DNA of 43,457 nucleotides from a virus. Lineage: Duplodnaviria; Caudoviricetes. The stretch covers positions 1 to 43,457 of the IMG/VR virus record IMGVR_UViG_3300042465_003011; one strand, 5' to 3'. Positions 24,668-34,616 of this stretch are shown here, one piece after another; within the stretch, counting starts at the first letter, position 1, and the number at the start of each line of letters is the position of its first letter. Below the pieces are notes generated by a model. It was given only the letters and a program-made list of their open reading frames with translations, was not told the DNA's origin and made no database searches. The position numbers were made by a program, and so were the translations under genes.

Positions 24668-25536
24668 TTACTCTCCTGATACTCGCGCCATTGCTGGCAA
24701 CGATGGTTGACTGGGCAGAAAGTTTCACACCGAGTGCGACTGCCCGGACGCACTTCGATTTCATAACCCTTACCGGCCTTCTCCAAGGCGGCACTGGCTT
24801 CAGACTCAGACTCATGGACAGACTTAGCCCGGACGCCGCCGGTCTTCTTGACAGCCCACATGGTTGGCTTTTCCCACATCTCATCAGGCGTACAGGGGGG
24901 CAAGTCGCTGTCGGTCTCCATTGCAAACTCACAGGCCGAATGCTCATTAATACGGCTACGGATAAAGGCAAGCCGCTCTTCCATCGGCCATAGTTTGATG
25001 GGGATCTCCTTGATCGGCGCCTCGGGGTATCCCTCACGATTAGCGGCATCCCTGCGGTTCCAGTCACGGATGATGGCTACGATACCCACCGAGGTCACGG
25101 GCGTCTTCTTGACCGTCTCCACAAGCCACGCATAGATGTTTAACTGGTGCTCCCACTCGATCTTCTCGTTCATCACCGCCCATGCTGAGGTGGTCTTGTA
25201 GTCACGGATATCAATCCCGGCCTCATTGATGATCTGTAGATCGATCGCCCCGGAGATCTTCCAGCCATCTACCTCGGCATGGAGGCGCTCCTCGACCCTG
25301 TGGTTGTCATCCTTGCCATGCTCTAAGACGCCGTGGACGGCCGTGCCAAAGATAGACCAAACCATCTCCGAGACATCCTGCTCGATCTCGTCATCAAACT
25401 TCTTGGTCAGGGCTACGATCTTTGGGCTGTTGATTAACTGTGTTACTGAGAGGTGCGCCTTGCCCTTGGAATAGGTAGGCCGGTGCAAAATGTTGACAAA
25501 GGTTTGCGGTATGTTGAACCGATTGGTAAGTTTCAA
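24664..25536 (-). CDS. PD-(D/E)XK exonuclease (Cas4/RecB-like, Cys cluster)
   Basis: SVTQL, GTAVH..LE, ISGAIDL, DYKTT, QLNIY and C-terminal RC..FC.V...C; TTG start with AGGAG; paired with ERF. Confidence 0.85.
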   Translation of the reverse strand: MKLTNRFNIPQTFVNILHRPTYSKGKAHLSVTQLINSPKIVALTKKFDDEIEQDVSEMVWSIFGTAVHGVLEHGKDDNHRVEERLHAEVDGWKISGAIDLQIINEAGIDIRDYKTTSAWAVMNEKIEWEHQLNIYAWLVETVKKTPVTSVGIVAIIRDWNRRDAANREGYPEAPIKEIPIKLWPMEERLAFIRSRINEHSACEFAMETDSDLPPCTPDEMWEKPTMWAVKKTGGVRAKSVHESESEASAALEKAGKGYEIEVRPGSRTRCETFCPVNHRCQQWREYQESK

Positions 25537-25563
25537 GTTTTTCTCCTAGCGATAGACAACTGA

Positions 25564-25592
25564 ATTATCATGTAAAATAAATACCATGTCAA
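25564..25592 (-). promoter_or_regulatory. Sigma-70 promoter of the recombination operon
   Basis: Minus strand TTGACA (25592-25587), 17 bp, GATAAT (25569-25564). Confidence 0.8.
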
Positions 25593-25596
25593 CAGG

Positions 25597-25626
25597 TTGT
25601 ACCCATTGAATGTCATCTGCTATAAA
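25597..25626 (+). promoter_or_regulatory. Putative divergent promoter toward rusA
   Basis: TTGTAC, 18 bp, TATAAA with extended -10 TG; the palindrome of repeat copy 2 covers its start site. Confidence 0.5.
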
Positions 25627-25627
25627 A

Positions 25628-25678
25628 TCTCACTATAACACCTGTTACAGTGAGAAATCTAATAAAATCAATAACTTA
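25628..25678. repeat. 49-bp element copy 2 (inverted): palindrome TCTCACTATAACA-CC-TGTTACAGTGAGA, linker, IHF box
   Basis: AATCAATAACTTA (25666-25678) matches WATCAANNNNTTR, with the same 12-bp spacing to the 11-bp arm as copy 1. Confidence 0.9.
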
Positions 25679-25689
25679 GGAGAAAATTT

Positions 25690-26040
25690 TTGCATATTCA
25701 ACTGTTACTACCTTGGATACCTAGCGTTAACCACTACTGGGGGCAGGTAGGAAAGAGAAAATTTATTGGCAAAAAGGGCAAGGAATTTCGTATGGCTGTA
25801 GCAGAGGCGGCGGCCGATGCCAACGTCGAGGCGCTCGAAGGTAGGCTGGCTATCCATGTGGCGCTCTTCCCTCCAGACAAGAGGAAGCGGGATATTGATA
25901 ACGTACTGAAGGCTTTGCTAGATGCCTTGGAGCACGCAGGCTGTTACGAAAACGACAGTCAGGTTGATGAGTTACACGTCATCCGCCAAGAGGTAAAGAA
26001 GGGCGGCGCCTGTACAGTCATCATCCTGCCTATAGATTAG
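25690..26040 (+). CDS. rusA: RusA Holliday junction resolvase
   Basis: LPW.PSVNHYW, PPDKRKRDIDN.LKALLDAL and NDSQVD. Confidence 0.92.
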   Translation: MHIQLLLPWIPSVNHYWGQVGKRKFIGKKGKEFRMAVAEAAADANVEALEGRLAIHVALFPPDKRKRDIDNVLKALLDALEHAGCYENDSQVDELHVIRQEVKKGGACTVIILPID

Positions 26041-29000
26041 CCATCTCCCTCAAGGACTTCAGGTCTACGTTCTGTAGGATCTCCCGCTCAATAGTCTTGA
26101 GTTCCCTGATCTGCTCGGCTTTCTCTGAAGCAGACATCTGATCAGAGGCTGTGATCTGAGAGATTGCCCGACGGATATCGGTCAGGTTCTTGGTGATTCT
26201 ATTGACCGCCTTAGCCATCCCAACACGAGTGAGGTTAGTCTCATCGGCCAAGAACTCCTCGATCTCATGGGGGCTGCGTTTCTTCAGATCGTTCAGGGTA
26301 TTGACGGCCGTAGATACCTCATCCCGTAGGACGTAGAAATCATTCTTCAGGGCGGTCTCGTACTCCTTCGACACGAACCCACTGGTGCCCGGCAGGGCAG
26401 CCACGGCCTCCATAAAGGACATAGCGGGTCTAGGAACCTCAGGATCGTTGTGTAAGGCGAAGTTAGTCATGTACAGGGCCAGCCCCCCTGCCGAGCCAAA
26501 CATCCCCCGTATCAGGTGATCTGCCGCAATCGGGGAGATCAGCCCGGTCTGCCCAAACCACTTAGCCAACTCCGATGTGCTGTCGTTGAACTGACGCTCA
26601 GTCTCAAGACCCTTCTGGTAGGTTCCAACCAGAGGGCGGCCTTGGAAGAAATTGTAGTTAATGCCGACTTCAAATGCCGGTTTAATAGCCTGCGGGAAAA
26701 CGGTCGGGCTAAGTAGGGCGTTACCCAAGGCAGCCTTCATGGAGTCCCTGAACTTGCGACCATCTGATGCCCCGTTGTCGGTCATAAGCATATACATATG
26801 TTCAGTAACAATCTTCGGGATAGAGAAGATGTCTGAACGAATTGGGATCGATAGCCCTGTCCCGGGGATCATGAACAGGCGGTCACGCATAACCGATGGC
26901 TTGTTCAGATAATCCTCGTCATCCCCAATCAACATGGCGTAGATCAGGGATAGGGCCATCACAGAGGCCGTGGTGGCCGCCAGAGTCCCGAGGGCTGCCT
27001 TACGCTCAGTCGGGGATATACCCACCCCTGAGATCGTTCTATAGGCTACGTGCTGGGCTGCTAGGTAGGCATTAAAGAACGGGATTATCTGACCGGCAAT
27101 AGCCAACTCTTTACTGCTACCACGGTTACGGAAGTTAATCAGGTTAAAGGCTTTCTCAATCGCCTCGGCACGACTTGTTCCTTGGGCTATGGATGCCTCA
27201 TAGACGGCCTGACGAACGGCGTTATCTGAAGCCATAGAGACGTGCTCAAGGAAAGACTTGACCTTGTTCAGTACCCCGGGGCGAGCCTTGAGTCCAGCGT
27301 ATATCTCAGCGTCCTCACGGGCAATCTGCGCCGTAAAGTCACGGATACCTACCACGCCAATCCGCTCCAACTCTTTGTGGGTCTGGCTGCTCTTAAATAA
27401 AGTCTTGACAAATTCTTTGACTGCCCGGGCAGGGATGGTCAGGGCGAATCTAGTCTTTAGGCCAGATGAGAACATGGCCGCAAAGGCGTCCTGAGGAACC
27501 TGAGATACCGAGAACAGAGGATACAGAACCACGGACTTACGCAGCCAGTTTGAAAGTTTTGCAAAGTATTTAAGAGACGGGATTGCTACGCTCTCAAGGC
27601 CGGTGAAGGCTTCCATGAACAGAGGATCGTCTAGGCTGTAATACTCTGCATTCCCGTCCCTCCACACCCGAACACTGTTATCACCCTGCGTTTGCTTCTC
27701 TACCTTCTTGGCGATACCCATCTCTACGGCGGCATCGATCTTAGCCAAGGCTAGACGGTTCATCACAGACCGTTTGACGGCGTACTGAGTCCAGCGAGCC
27801 ATGTTGTCAAAGATGTCAGCGACCGGCTTATCTGAACCCTTAAGTTTCTTTTCCTTGGCCTGAACCTGAAGGTTCCTTAAAAACTCTTTCGGGCCTTTAC
27901 CCTTCTCTAACTGATCCTCGCGGTAGAAAGGAACGTAGTCCATGTTACTCAGGAGACCCTCAGCCTCCTGCTCAGACCACAGGCCGCTTTCTACCAGTTC
28001 TTTGCGGGAGTTCTCACGGATGCCGTTCCAAGTATCTACAAGGGCGTTTAATTCTGGGATGGTGTTAAAGAGTTCAAGGCCACGCTGAATCTGCTCATCG
28101 GTCATGTGGACAAACTTAAAGTCCTTGACCTTACGGCGCACCTCTTTAGAGGCCAGATCACGGGCGGTAGGATCTGGGCTAGTCCTAGCCATGTCGCGCA
28201 GGTCATCAATCTCTACCTTCAGGGCACGGTTAAACCGGGCAATAGAACTTAGCCGCTTGGCCTCAAAGGCTGTATGACTAACACGCTCGGCCTGCTCTTT
28301 GGTTAGGCCATACTTAGTCCCGATCGTATCGATACCCTGCACCAGAGATACAAAGTTATCCTTCTTGTCGGTGGCTACGTACTTGTAGATCGATGGATCA
28401 TAATTAAGGCCGCCGTACCGAATGAACAAGTTAGCCAAGGCATCCGGGTGGACAGCCTGACTGGAACTGATGCTGAGAAGAATGCCCATCTTCTCCTGCT
28501 CGCTCATCGTTGTCTCATTGATGAGGCGCCGGATTGAGTTGTTTATAGCGGCATCGCTATTGAAAACATAGGTCTCAATCTTATCCAAGAACCGGACGGT
28601 GGCCTTCTTGGCCGCTTCCTTGGTGGCCTGAGGATTATCAGTAGCGTTATCCCAATACTCACGAGCCTTCTGACGCATCGTGGGAGTCTCTTCTACCTGA
28701 CGCCCAAGGTCGTTGATCGTATCGAGGGCTGCCTGACCTTCGGCCGTGGGGGTCATCTTGACCTTCTGACCACGGACGCTGGCATTGAATAGGTTGATCT
28801 GATCTTGAGTGGCGATAGGTTTGGCAGACGGGGCTGACTTGACCAACTCTTGCTTTCCTGCCTCCATTACAGGCAAAGCAAACAACTCATCAGCAATTGC
28901 AAGAACCTCAGAGAGCGCCGTTTCCTTGGCCTTGGGTAGACCTAAGAACTCACGGATGGCGTCAACAAAGGCGTTCCATGCGGTCTTACCTTTGTATGGA

Positions 29001-32000
29001 ATCGACTCAAGATATGCCTGCATATCAGGATCTGTAAGACCCCAAGCAAGAATCTCATCTTCATCTTTTAAAACATTTGCCCCATTTACGTAAACTTTTT
29101 TCTCTAATGCCGTAAGTTGATCGATAGGCACACTCTTGACTCGGCTATTGAAATGCCTAACAACAGCGTTGCGTACATCATATAGTCGTGTGAAAAGTTT
29201 TGCCGCTTCTGTTCCCTGCATTGACTTTAAATTACCAAGGTAGGTAGCGCCAGCAGTCACGGCGTGAATCAACTCATGGAGAACAATTTTTTCTTCAGTT
29301 CCTACCCTACCTGTTACGGTTGAGTTGTTTAGCCATATATCTACTGAAAGAACTTTTTTTTCTGACCTGTCAATTAATGAAGAGGTCGTTCCGTCTGCAC
29401 TCAACAAACCAACAGGAACCTTATCCCCAACACCGACGATATGAAGTTTGAATGGAACCCCTGCATCCATTAACTTCTGCATACGGTCTACGATCCGTTT
29501 GGCAATCATCCGGTAGTCTGGATTAGTGGCGTTGTCAGCCATCCACTTGGCAGCCTGCAATGGATTCTTGCCCTTGAGCGCCTTCTCTACCCGTTGGGCT
29601 TCTGCAATATCAGTTACATTGCCAACCGATTGAGTAATCCGTGGATCAGAAGGACTAAACTCCCCTGTGTTGCTTATAGCGGACTTAATTTGATTAGGCT
29701 CAAACGCCACCCAAACTTGTTCTATTTCAGTTTCTAAGAAATTATCAAGATCTAAATAGTCAGTTATGTATTCATCTTTTTCAAGATTTGGCTTTCCAGT
29801 TACTTTGCCATCATATAAATCTACACCGCCATTCTTATCATTTTTAACAAGCGTATATGATTTTCCAGAAAAATCTTTAAAACTAACTTGCCCAGTTTTT
29901 TCAAATTCTTTTTTATTAATATTTGGTTTTCCAGAATATTGAATGCCGTCATATCCCATGTCTTGTAAGCGATATCTAATTTCATCGCCAACAGATCTAG
30001 CGCTTTTTCTTAAAGCAGACTCTTGGTTTAAATCACTTTCTTTATAAACTTGCTTAGAAACTTGTTTCCATACATCGCTAGGCGCTGGGTTTTTAATACT
30101 TAAAAAAACAGGAATTGTATTTTTTGCATCACGCATTGCTGGCGATGTGAACTTATCGCTAGAAAACCAAAAGCCATTGAATGGTGTGTCGTAATCGACT
30201 GCACGAATTTTTTCTTTATTAAAAGTATCGAACAATTCTTCAGCAGTAGCGTGATACATAATCAAAGGCTTGCCATTTTCATCAACAACTTTGCTGTCTT
30301 TGAAGAACCTTTTAAAGTTTGGTGATGATGTATCAACTGATTGTTTTTTACCCGAAACGGAATAAAGAAATTTTTCTCTGGATTCGTACTTAACATTCTT
30401 TGCTAGTACAAACCGGCCAACCTGCAATACCTCATCAGCCGAAGCAACCGGCATCATGTTGCTGCGGTCATAGAAGAAGGAATGACGTAATGGGTCAAGG
30501 CTAACCTGAGTCCATGATGGATCTTTTAAAAGACTCTGGACTTCAGAATATATTTCTTTGGGGTCTTGATTAACCCACTCACCTATCAGAACTTGCTGGG
30601 GTTTCTTGTCATCAAGATTCTGGGCTATTTCAAAACTTGCAATTTCAGCGCCAATTTCGGTTCTAACATTTTTAATTCTTGCCGCACCGTAATATCCCAA
30701 AGATGTGTTTGTGTTTACTTTTGGCTCTTTGCCCTTGCTTGGAACAGACGGATGTGCTGTAACCACGCTACCATTGATACCCTTGGACTTGCCCCTCTTT
30801 AAGGCATTGATGTCCATACGCAGGCCAACGATCGCCCCATCTTTTATTGGCTCATTAATCTTGTCTACTTGATTTGACCGAAGAACCTTTTTCATTCCTT
30901 CTGCATCAAGCGGGGCCTCAGGCTTATCCACCTTGTAGACAGGCATATGGTACTCAACATACCGATCGTATTCTTCTTTGGTAATTCGTCCGGCAGCCAG
31001 TTCTCTTGCGGCCAAAACTACCTGTTCATTGCGACCTTCCTTAAGTTTGAAATCGGGAGGAGGAGTTAACTTGGGCGGCGCCTTTTGGAAACTTACTTTG
31101 GTTTCAAACAATCCCGTCTCTGTTGCAGGGGCTGCGGCTCTCTTGGGGGCTTGATCAGCCAAACCTCTAGCACCAAACATATCTCCTGTAGGGGCGGACT
31201 CTGCCTCACTAACTTGGGGCGTTAGGGTGAATAGGCCGCGCTCTCGATCGGCAATTGCTTTGCGTTCTGCTGCTTCACGATCAGTCTCTTGCCTTGCTAA
31301 CCTTGCTGCAATTTCAGCATTGGATTCGCCAGTAAGTTTTAGTTCTTCTCTTTCGGCTGTTTCAGTTCTAGCCGGTCTAGTAGGTTCCGGAGCACCTGTC
31401 GGCGTGCCTTCGGGGAGAGTTTGCTCAATATCTCTTGCACTCTCTTCTTCTGCTGCAATTTCCGCGAGGATGTCTCTGAGGTCGTCAAGTTCTATCTCCC
31501 TTTGAATTTCTGTTTCAATGCCATCTAGCGTCATCCCGATAGTGTCTAACTCCATCTTTGTTTCGTATGGGAGGAAGTCGGAGTTACGCAGGGCTGTTTT
31601 AATGTATTCCTCAGCGGCTGGCTCTTTCTCGGCCAGTTCTTCCGCTGTTTCTGTGCCGTATATGCGAAGTTCAAACGGCAGCCACTCATTCAACGATTGA
31701 TCGTTGATCATTGTTGAAATCTTTTGACCGCCCTTTTTACGAATAAAGTTAAAGGCTTTGTCTGGAATGATCTTCCCAGTCTTGGTTTTTTCAGACGCTA
31801 TGTCAGTGACTTCACTGGGATCCAAGCGATTGTCAGGAACCTGTATCGGCTTGCCTTCCTTGTCTTTCTTGGGACGATAGGTAAAGAACTCCAGAAGGCT
31901 GTTCTCTCTATCAACCTTAGATAGCCTGTCTGCGCGTTCAGATAACTCAGTCATCTCTTGGTCGCGTCTAACCTCGTCAGGAGTCTTGGGTAGAGGCTCT

Positions 32001-33388
32001 TGAGATACTGGAGTGGTCTCAAATGGGGGCGGCGCTTCTTCAGCAAAGGTCGGCCCGATTTCTCTTGGGGGTGCAGCCTCAGGGGGCAGAGTAATCTCAG
32101 GGGCAGAAGGCAGAGTAATCTCTGGCTCAACCCTTGGCGCAGGGGCGGCAGCGGCCGGAACAACAGGCGCATCGGGCGCTGAGAACACACTTTGGATTGA
32201 GTCTTCAATTGTGAACCCTGCTGAAACCATGTTACTCAGGTCTATAGGCTCACCGTCAGGGCCGGTAGCAACGATCGTTCCTGCGTCGTCTTGGGCCACA
32301 CTGATCGTGGTTGGGTTTCCTGCTTGGTCTACCGTCTGATAGTTGGTAACTACAGGAGGAGCAGGTGGCGCCTCAGGTGGGGCTTCAACTGGAGCAGCGG
32401 GAGGAGCACCTCTAGATAAGGCACCCAGTCCACCACCAAGCGCACCACCGGCTAGACCTTCTAGGGTCGCAGCACCGGCAACGCCACGTAACGTTGATAC
32501 ATCAAACCCTTCTCTCTGAAGAGCGATGTTCTGTGCTAACTGTTCTTGACCGGCCTGAGCCATCTCAGGAATCGCTTCGGTTACGGCACCTTCAGCAGCC
32601 CGTCTACCTACACCCTTGGCCGCTTGTTCGGCAACCTCCCCCTTACCAAATCTATTTAAGAGAAGTTTCTCAACACCGGTACGCCCTGCTAGTCCACCAA
32701 GGGCTGTGCCTAGCAATATCTGACCCCAGTTCTCTCCGCCATAAGACTGCGCTGCCTGCGCTCTAGCCTCTGCTACCTCAGGGGATTCTCCTGCTTCAGT
32801 CAGGGCGCCCTTGACGGCATCATAGACAGATCCCTTGACGATACCTGCGCCTGTTGCTCCACCAATTCCAGTGGTAACTGCCCCAACTCCAGCGGCACCA
32901 AGTTTTAAAAGTTTGGCATATAGACCGCCTGCCACAGCAGGTGCGGCACTACCCAAAGCCTGTGCTAGAAAGTCCACCGGAGCCGAAGCAAAAGCCTTAG
33001 CGGCAGCAGTAACCTCAGCAGCAATACCCTTGTCCTCGGCCTCTTTCATGATCCGAGCAATTTCTTGCTGATCGTTTCTGGCCTCAGCCGATAGGAGGGA
33101 GTCTAGGTAATCCTCAGCGCCCCTGATCCCGCGAGATACAGGATTGTTTGCGCCAAATATATCTGCAATCGCACGAACACCAGAGGCCGCACCCTTGGCA
33201 ACAGTTACAGGTATATCTGCTGCCTGACGCAGGAACCCAGACTCTTCTGGCTTTGGAGGAGCCGGAGGAGCAACAAGCCTGCGTAACTCTGGGCCAACCG
33301 CCTGCTCAATCTCTTCCTGAGACATCCCCTCAGGAACTTCGAAGTCCGCAATCTTCCCGTCAGGTAACTGAAACGATGCGATAGGCAT
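26030..33388 (-). CDS. Large polyvalent virion/ejection protein (ART-like, zincin and LPD38-like regions)
   Basis: 2452 aa; Ala/Gly-rich N-terminus; SKVVDENGKPLIMYHAT...VAFEPNQIKSA (ART-PolyVal pattern); HELIH zincin motif; C-terminal IPFFNAYL, NYNFFQGRP and SP..ADHLIRG.FG. Confidence 0.8.
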   Translation of the reverse strand: MPIASFQLPDGKIADFEVPEGMSQEEIEQAVGPELRRLVAPPAPPKPEESGFLRQAADIPVTVAKGAASGVRAIADIFGANNPVSRGIRGAEDYLDSLLSAEARNDQQEIARIMKEAEDKGIAAEVTAAAKAFASAPVDFLAQALGSAAPAVAGGLYAKLLKLGAAGVGAVTTGIGGATGAGIVKGSVYDAVKGALTEAGESPEVAEARAQAAQSYGGENWGQILLGTALGGLAGRTGVEKLLLNRFGKGEVAEQAAKGVGRRAAEGAVTEAIPEMAQAGQEQLAQNIALQREGFDVSTLRGVAGAATLEGLAGGALGGGLGALSRGAPPAAPVEAPPEAPPAPPVVTNYQTVDQAGNPTTISVAQDDAGTIVATGPDGEPIDLSNMVSAGFTIEDSIQSVFSAPDAPVVPAAAAPAPRVEPEITLPSAPEITLPPEAAPPREIGPTFAEEAPPPFETTPVSQEPLPKTPDEVRRDQEMTELSERADRLSKVDRENSLLEFFTYRPKKDKEGKPIQVPDNRLDPSEVTDIASEKTKTGKIIPDKAFNFIRKKGGQKISTMINDQSLNEWLPFELRIYGTETAEELAEKEPAAEEYIKTALRNSDFLPYETKMELDTIGMTLDGIETEIQREIELDDLRDILAEIAAEEESARDIEQTLPEGTPTGAPEPTRPARTETAEREELKLTGESNAEIAARLARQETDREAAERKAIADRERGLFTLTPQVSEAESAPTGDMFGARGLADQAPKRAAAPATETGLFETKVSFQKAPPKLTPPPDFKLKEGRNEQVVLAARELAAGRITKEEYDRYVEYHMPVYKVDKPEAPLDAEGMKKVLRSNQVDKINEPIKDGAIVGLRMDINALKRGKSKGINGSVVTAHPSVPSKGKEPKVNTNTSLGYYGAARIKNVRTEIGAEIASFEIAQNLDDKKPQQVLIGEWVNQDPKEIYSEVQSLLKDPSWTQVSLDPLRHSFFYDRSNMMPVASADEVLQVGRFVLAKNVKYESREKFLYSVSGKKQSVDTSSPNFKRFFKDSKVVDENGKPLIMYHATAEELFDTFNKEKIRAVDYDTPFNGFWFSSDKFTSPAMRDAKNTIPVFLSIKNPAPSDVWKQVSKQVYKESDLNQESALRKSARSVGDEIRYRLQDMGYDGIQYSGKPNINKKEFEKTGQVSFKDFSGKSYTLVKNDKNGGVDLYDGKVTGKPNLEKDEYITDYLDLDNFLETEIEQVWVAFEPNQIKSAISNTGEFSPSDPRITQSVGNVTDIAEAQRVEKALKGKNPLQAAKWMADNATNPDYRMIAKRIVDRMQKLMDAGVPFKLHIVGVGDKVPVGLLSADGTTSSLIDRSEKKVLSVDIWLNNSTVTGRVGTEEKIVLHELIHAVTAGATYLGNLKSMQGTEAAKLFTRLYDVRNAVVRHFNSRVKSVPIDQLTALEKKVYVNGANVLKDEDEILAWGLTDPDMQAYLESIPYKGKTAWNAFVDAIREFLGLPKAKETALSEVLAIADELFALPVMEAGKQELVKSAPSAKPIATQDQINLFNASVRGQKVKMTPTAEGQAALDTINDLGRQVEETPTMRQKAREYWDNATDNPQATKEAAKKATVRFLDKIETYVFNSDAAINNSIRRLINETTMSEQEKMGILLSISSSQAVHPDALANLFIRYGGLNYDPSIYKYVATDKKDNFVSLVQGIDTIGTKYGLTKEQAERVSHTAFEAKRLSSIARFNRALKVEIDDLRDMARTSPDPTARDLASKEVRRKVKDFKFVHMTDEQIQRGLELFNTIPELNALVDTWNGIRENSRKELVESGLWSEQEAEGLLSNMDYVPFYREDQLEKGKGPKEFLRNLQVQAKEKKLKGSDKPVADIFDNMARWTQYAVKRSVMNRLALAKIDAAVEMGIAKKVEKQTQGDNSVRVWRDGNAEYYSLDDPLFMEAFTGLESVAIPSLKYFAKLSNWLRKSVVLYPLFSVSQVPQDAFAAMFSSGLKTRFALTIPARAVKEFVKTLFKSSQTHKELERIGVVGIRDFTAQIAREDAEIYAGLKARPGVLNKVKSFLEHVSMASDNAVRQAVYEASIAQGTSRAEAIEKAFNLINFRNRGSSKELAIAGQIIPFFNAYLAAQHVAYRTISGVGISPTERKAALGTLAATTASVMALSLIYAMLIGDDEDYLNKPSVMRDRLFMIPGTGLSIPIRSDIFSIPKIVTEHMYMLMTDNGASDGRKFRDSMKAALGNALLSPTVFPQAIKPAFEVGINYNFFQGRPLVGTYQKGLETERQFNDSTSELAKWFGQTGLISPIAADHLIRGMFGSAGGLALYMTNFALHNDPEVPRPAMSFMEAVAALPGTSGFVSKEYETALKNDFYVLRDEVSTAVNTLNDLKKRSPHEIEEFLADETNLTRVGMAKAVNRITKNLTDIRRAISQITASDQMSASEKAEQIRELKTIEREILQNVDLKSLREMANL

Positions 33389-33395
33389 AAGTGCC

Positions 33396-34604
33396 TTATC
33401 TCACGCCAAGGAATTTTACGCCCGGAACCGCTCCGCCTTGAGAGGACATTAATTCTTTTGCCTGAGTCATTAGTTGTTCAGGGGTGGCGTTTATATTTTT
33501 AGTACGATCTTTAACAATCTTTAATGCGTCTTCAATTGTCAGTTCACCAGTCTTGCTTGTGCCAAGGATAGTGCGTGTCGCCTCTTTAATAACCTTCGGG
33601 TCTTTGCTTCCGCCAGTAAGAGCAGTTAATTGCTCTTGGAATGTGCTGGGCTTAAGCGCAGTCTGACGGGTGTACTTAAGTTTCTCTTTCTCAAGATCCA
33701 GAAGTTCAGCCTGATTCTCAAGGGCAAGAGCCTTATCAACATCACTACGCTTGAGCGCATTAGCCTCTTTACGCAGATCCCGTGCAAGTTTCCCGTACTC
33801 TTTCTCTTCAGCCTTGATCTGTTTGATGGACTGCTCGTAAGACTCAAAGCCTTCTAATCCACCCTTGGCTATGTTGCTAAGAGCATAAGGGGACGTACCA
33901 GCGGCCATACCAAGACCAGCCCGGATCAATGACATTCTCAAGGCGTCAAACTTATCGTCAGCAAGTTTGCCCTTGTTTTTTTCTAAGGCGGCAAGTTCTT
34001 CTTCGGTCGTGTCTGTTACACCCAGTTGCTCAAGCATACGTCTACGCCGATCAAGCATATTTTCTTTGGCTGGGATTGCTGCTATGCCGGGTTCGGGTTT
34101 AGCAGCGGGACGTGGTGCGGCAGCACGAGGAGTAGGCACTGGGGGTAATTCAACTCCCGTATCCGTATCTTTGAAATCACGGCTTAGGTCACGGTCAACT
34201 GGGACATACTGGGTTTCAGGCATGAACATATCAAAAGTTCCAGCCAACCCACCCTCATCAAACGCTACGATGCCACCGCCTGCATAGCCCTCATCACTGT
34301 ACATATCTTCAGGTACTGGCAATGAGGCTACTCCTGCATCCATAGGAGCCTGCTGAGGCGCTTCTGCTTGGGCATTGATAGCCATAGCCTGCTCGATAAC
34401 TGAGGGCTGCATGGGCTGTTGCATAGCCTGCATATTGGCAGCGGCCTGAGCCATCTGGGCTTTCTCATTCAGAATGATCGGTAGGACATCAGCCGGGATA
34501 CGCCCCTGCTGGGACATAGCAATCAGTTGCTGTTGAGGTAACTGTGCTAATGACTCGATTGGCCCCTCTTGCAGTTTGAGGGCTTGAAGTATTCCCATTG
34601 CCAT
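33396..34604 (-). CDS. Putative internal virion (ejection) protein
   Basis: Q/A-rich; YAGGGIVAFDEGG motif; GLGMAAGTSPYA.SNI. Confidence 0.65.
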   Translation of the reverse strand: MAMGILQALKLQEGPIESLAQLPQQQLIAMSQQGRIPADVLPIILNEKAQMAQAAANMQAMQQPMQPSVIEQAMAINAQAEAPQQAPMDAGVASLPVPEDMYSDEGYAGGGIVAFDEGGLAGTFDMFMPETQYVPVDRDLSRDFKDTDTGVELPPVPTPRAAAPRPAAKPEPGIAAIPAKENMLDRRRRMLEQLGVTDTTEEELAALEKNKGKLADDKFDALRMSLIRAGLGMAAGTSPYALSNIAKGGLEGFESYEQSIKQIKAEEKEYGKLARDLRKEANALKRSDVDKALALENQAELLDLEKEKLKYTRQTALKPSTFQEQLTALTGGSKDPKVIKEATRTILGTSKTGELTIEDALKIVKDRTKNINATPEQLMTQAKELMSSQGGAVPGVKFLGVR

Positions 34605-34616
34605 ATTAGTTATCCC

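Noticed and set aside
24664-25536. Cas4-like nuclease as evidence of a CRISPR system
   Set aside because: No repeat-spacer array or other cas genes; the context with ERF and an SSB-like gene indicates a recombination exonuclease.
32085-32122. Repeat GGCAGAGTAATCTC twice (EITLP twice); also the GA-repeat at about 36710-36745
   Set aside because: Ordinary low-complexity linker duplications within coding sequence.
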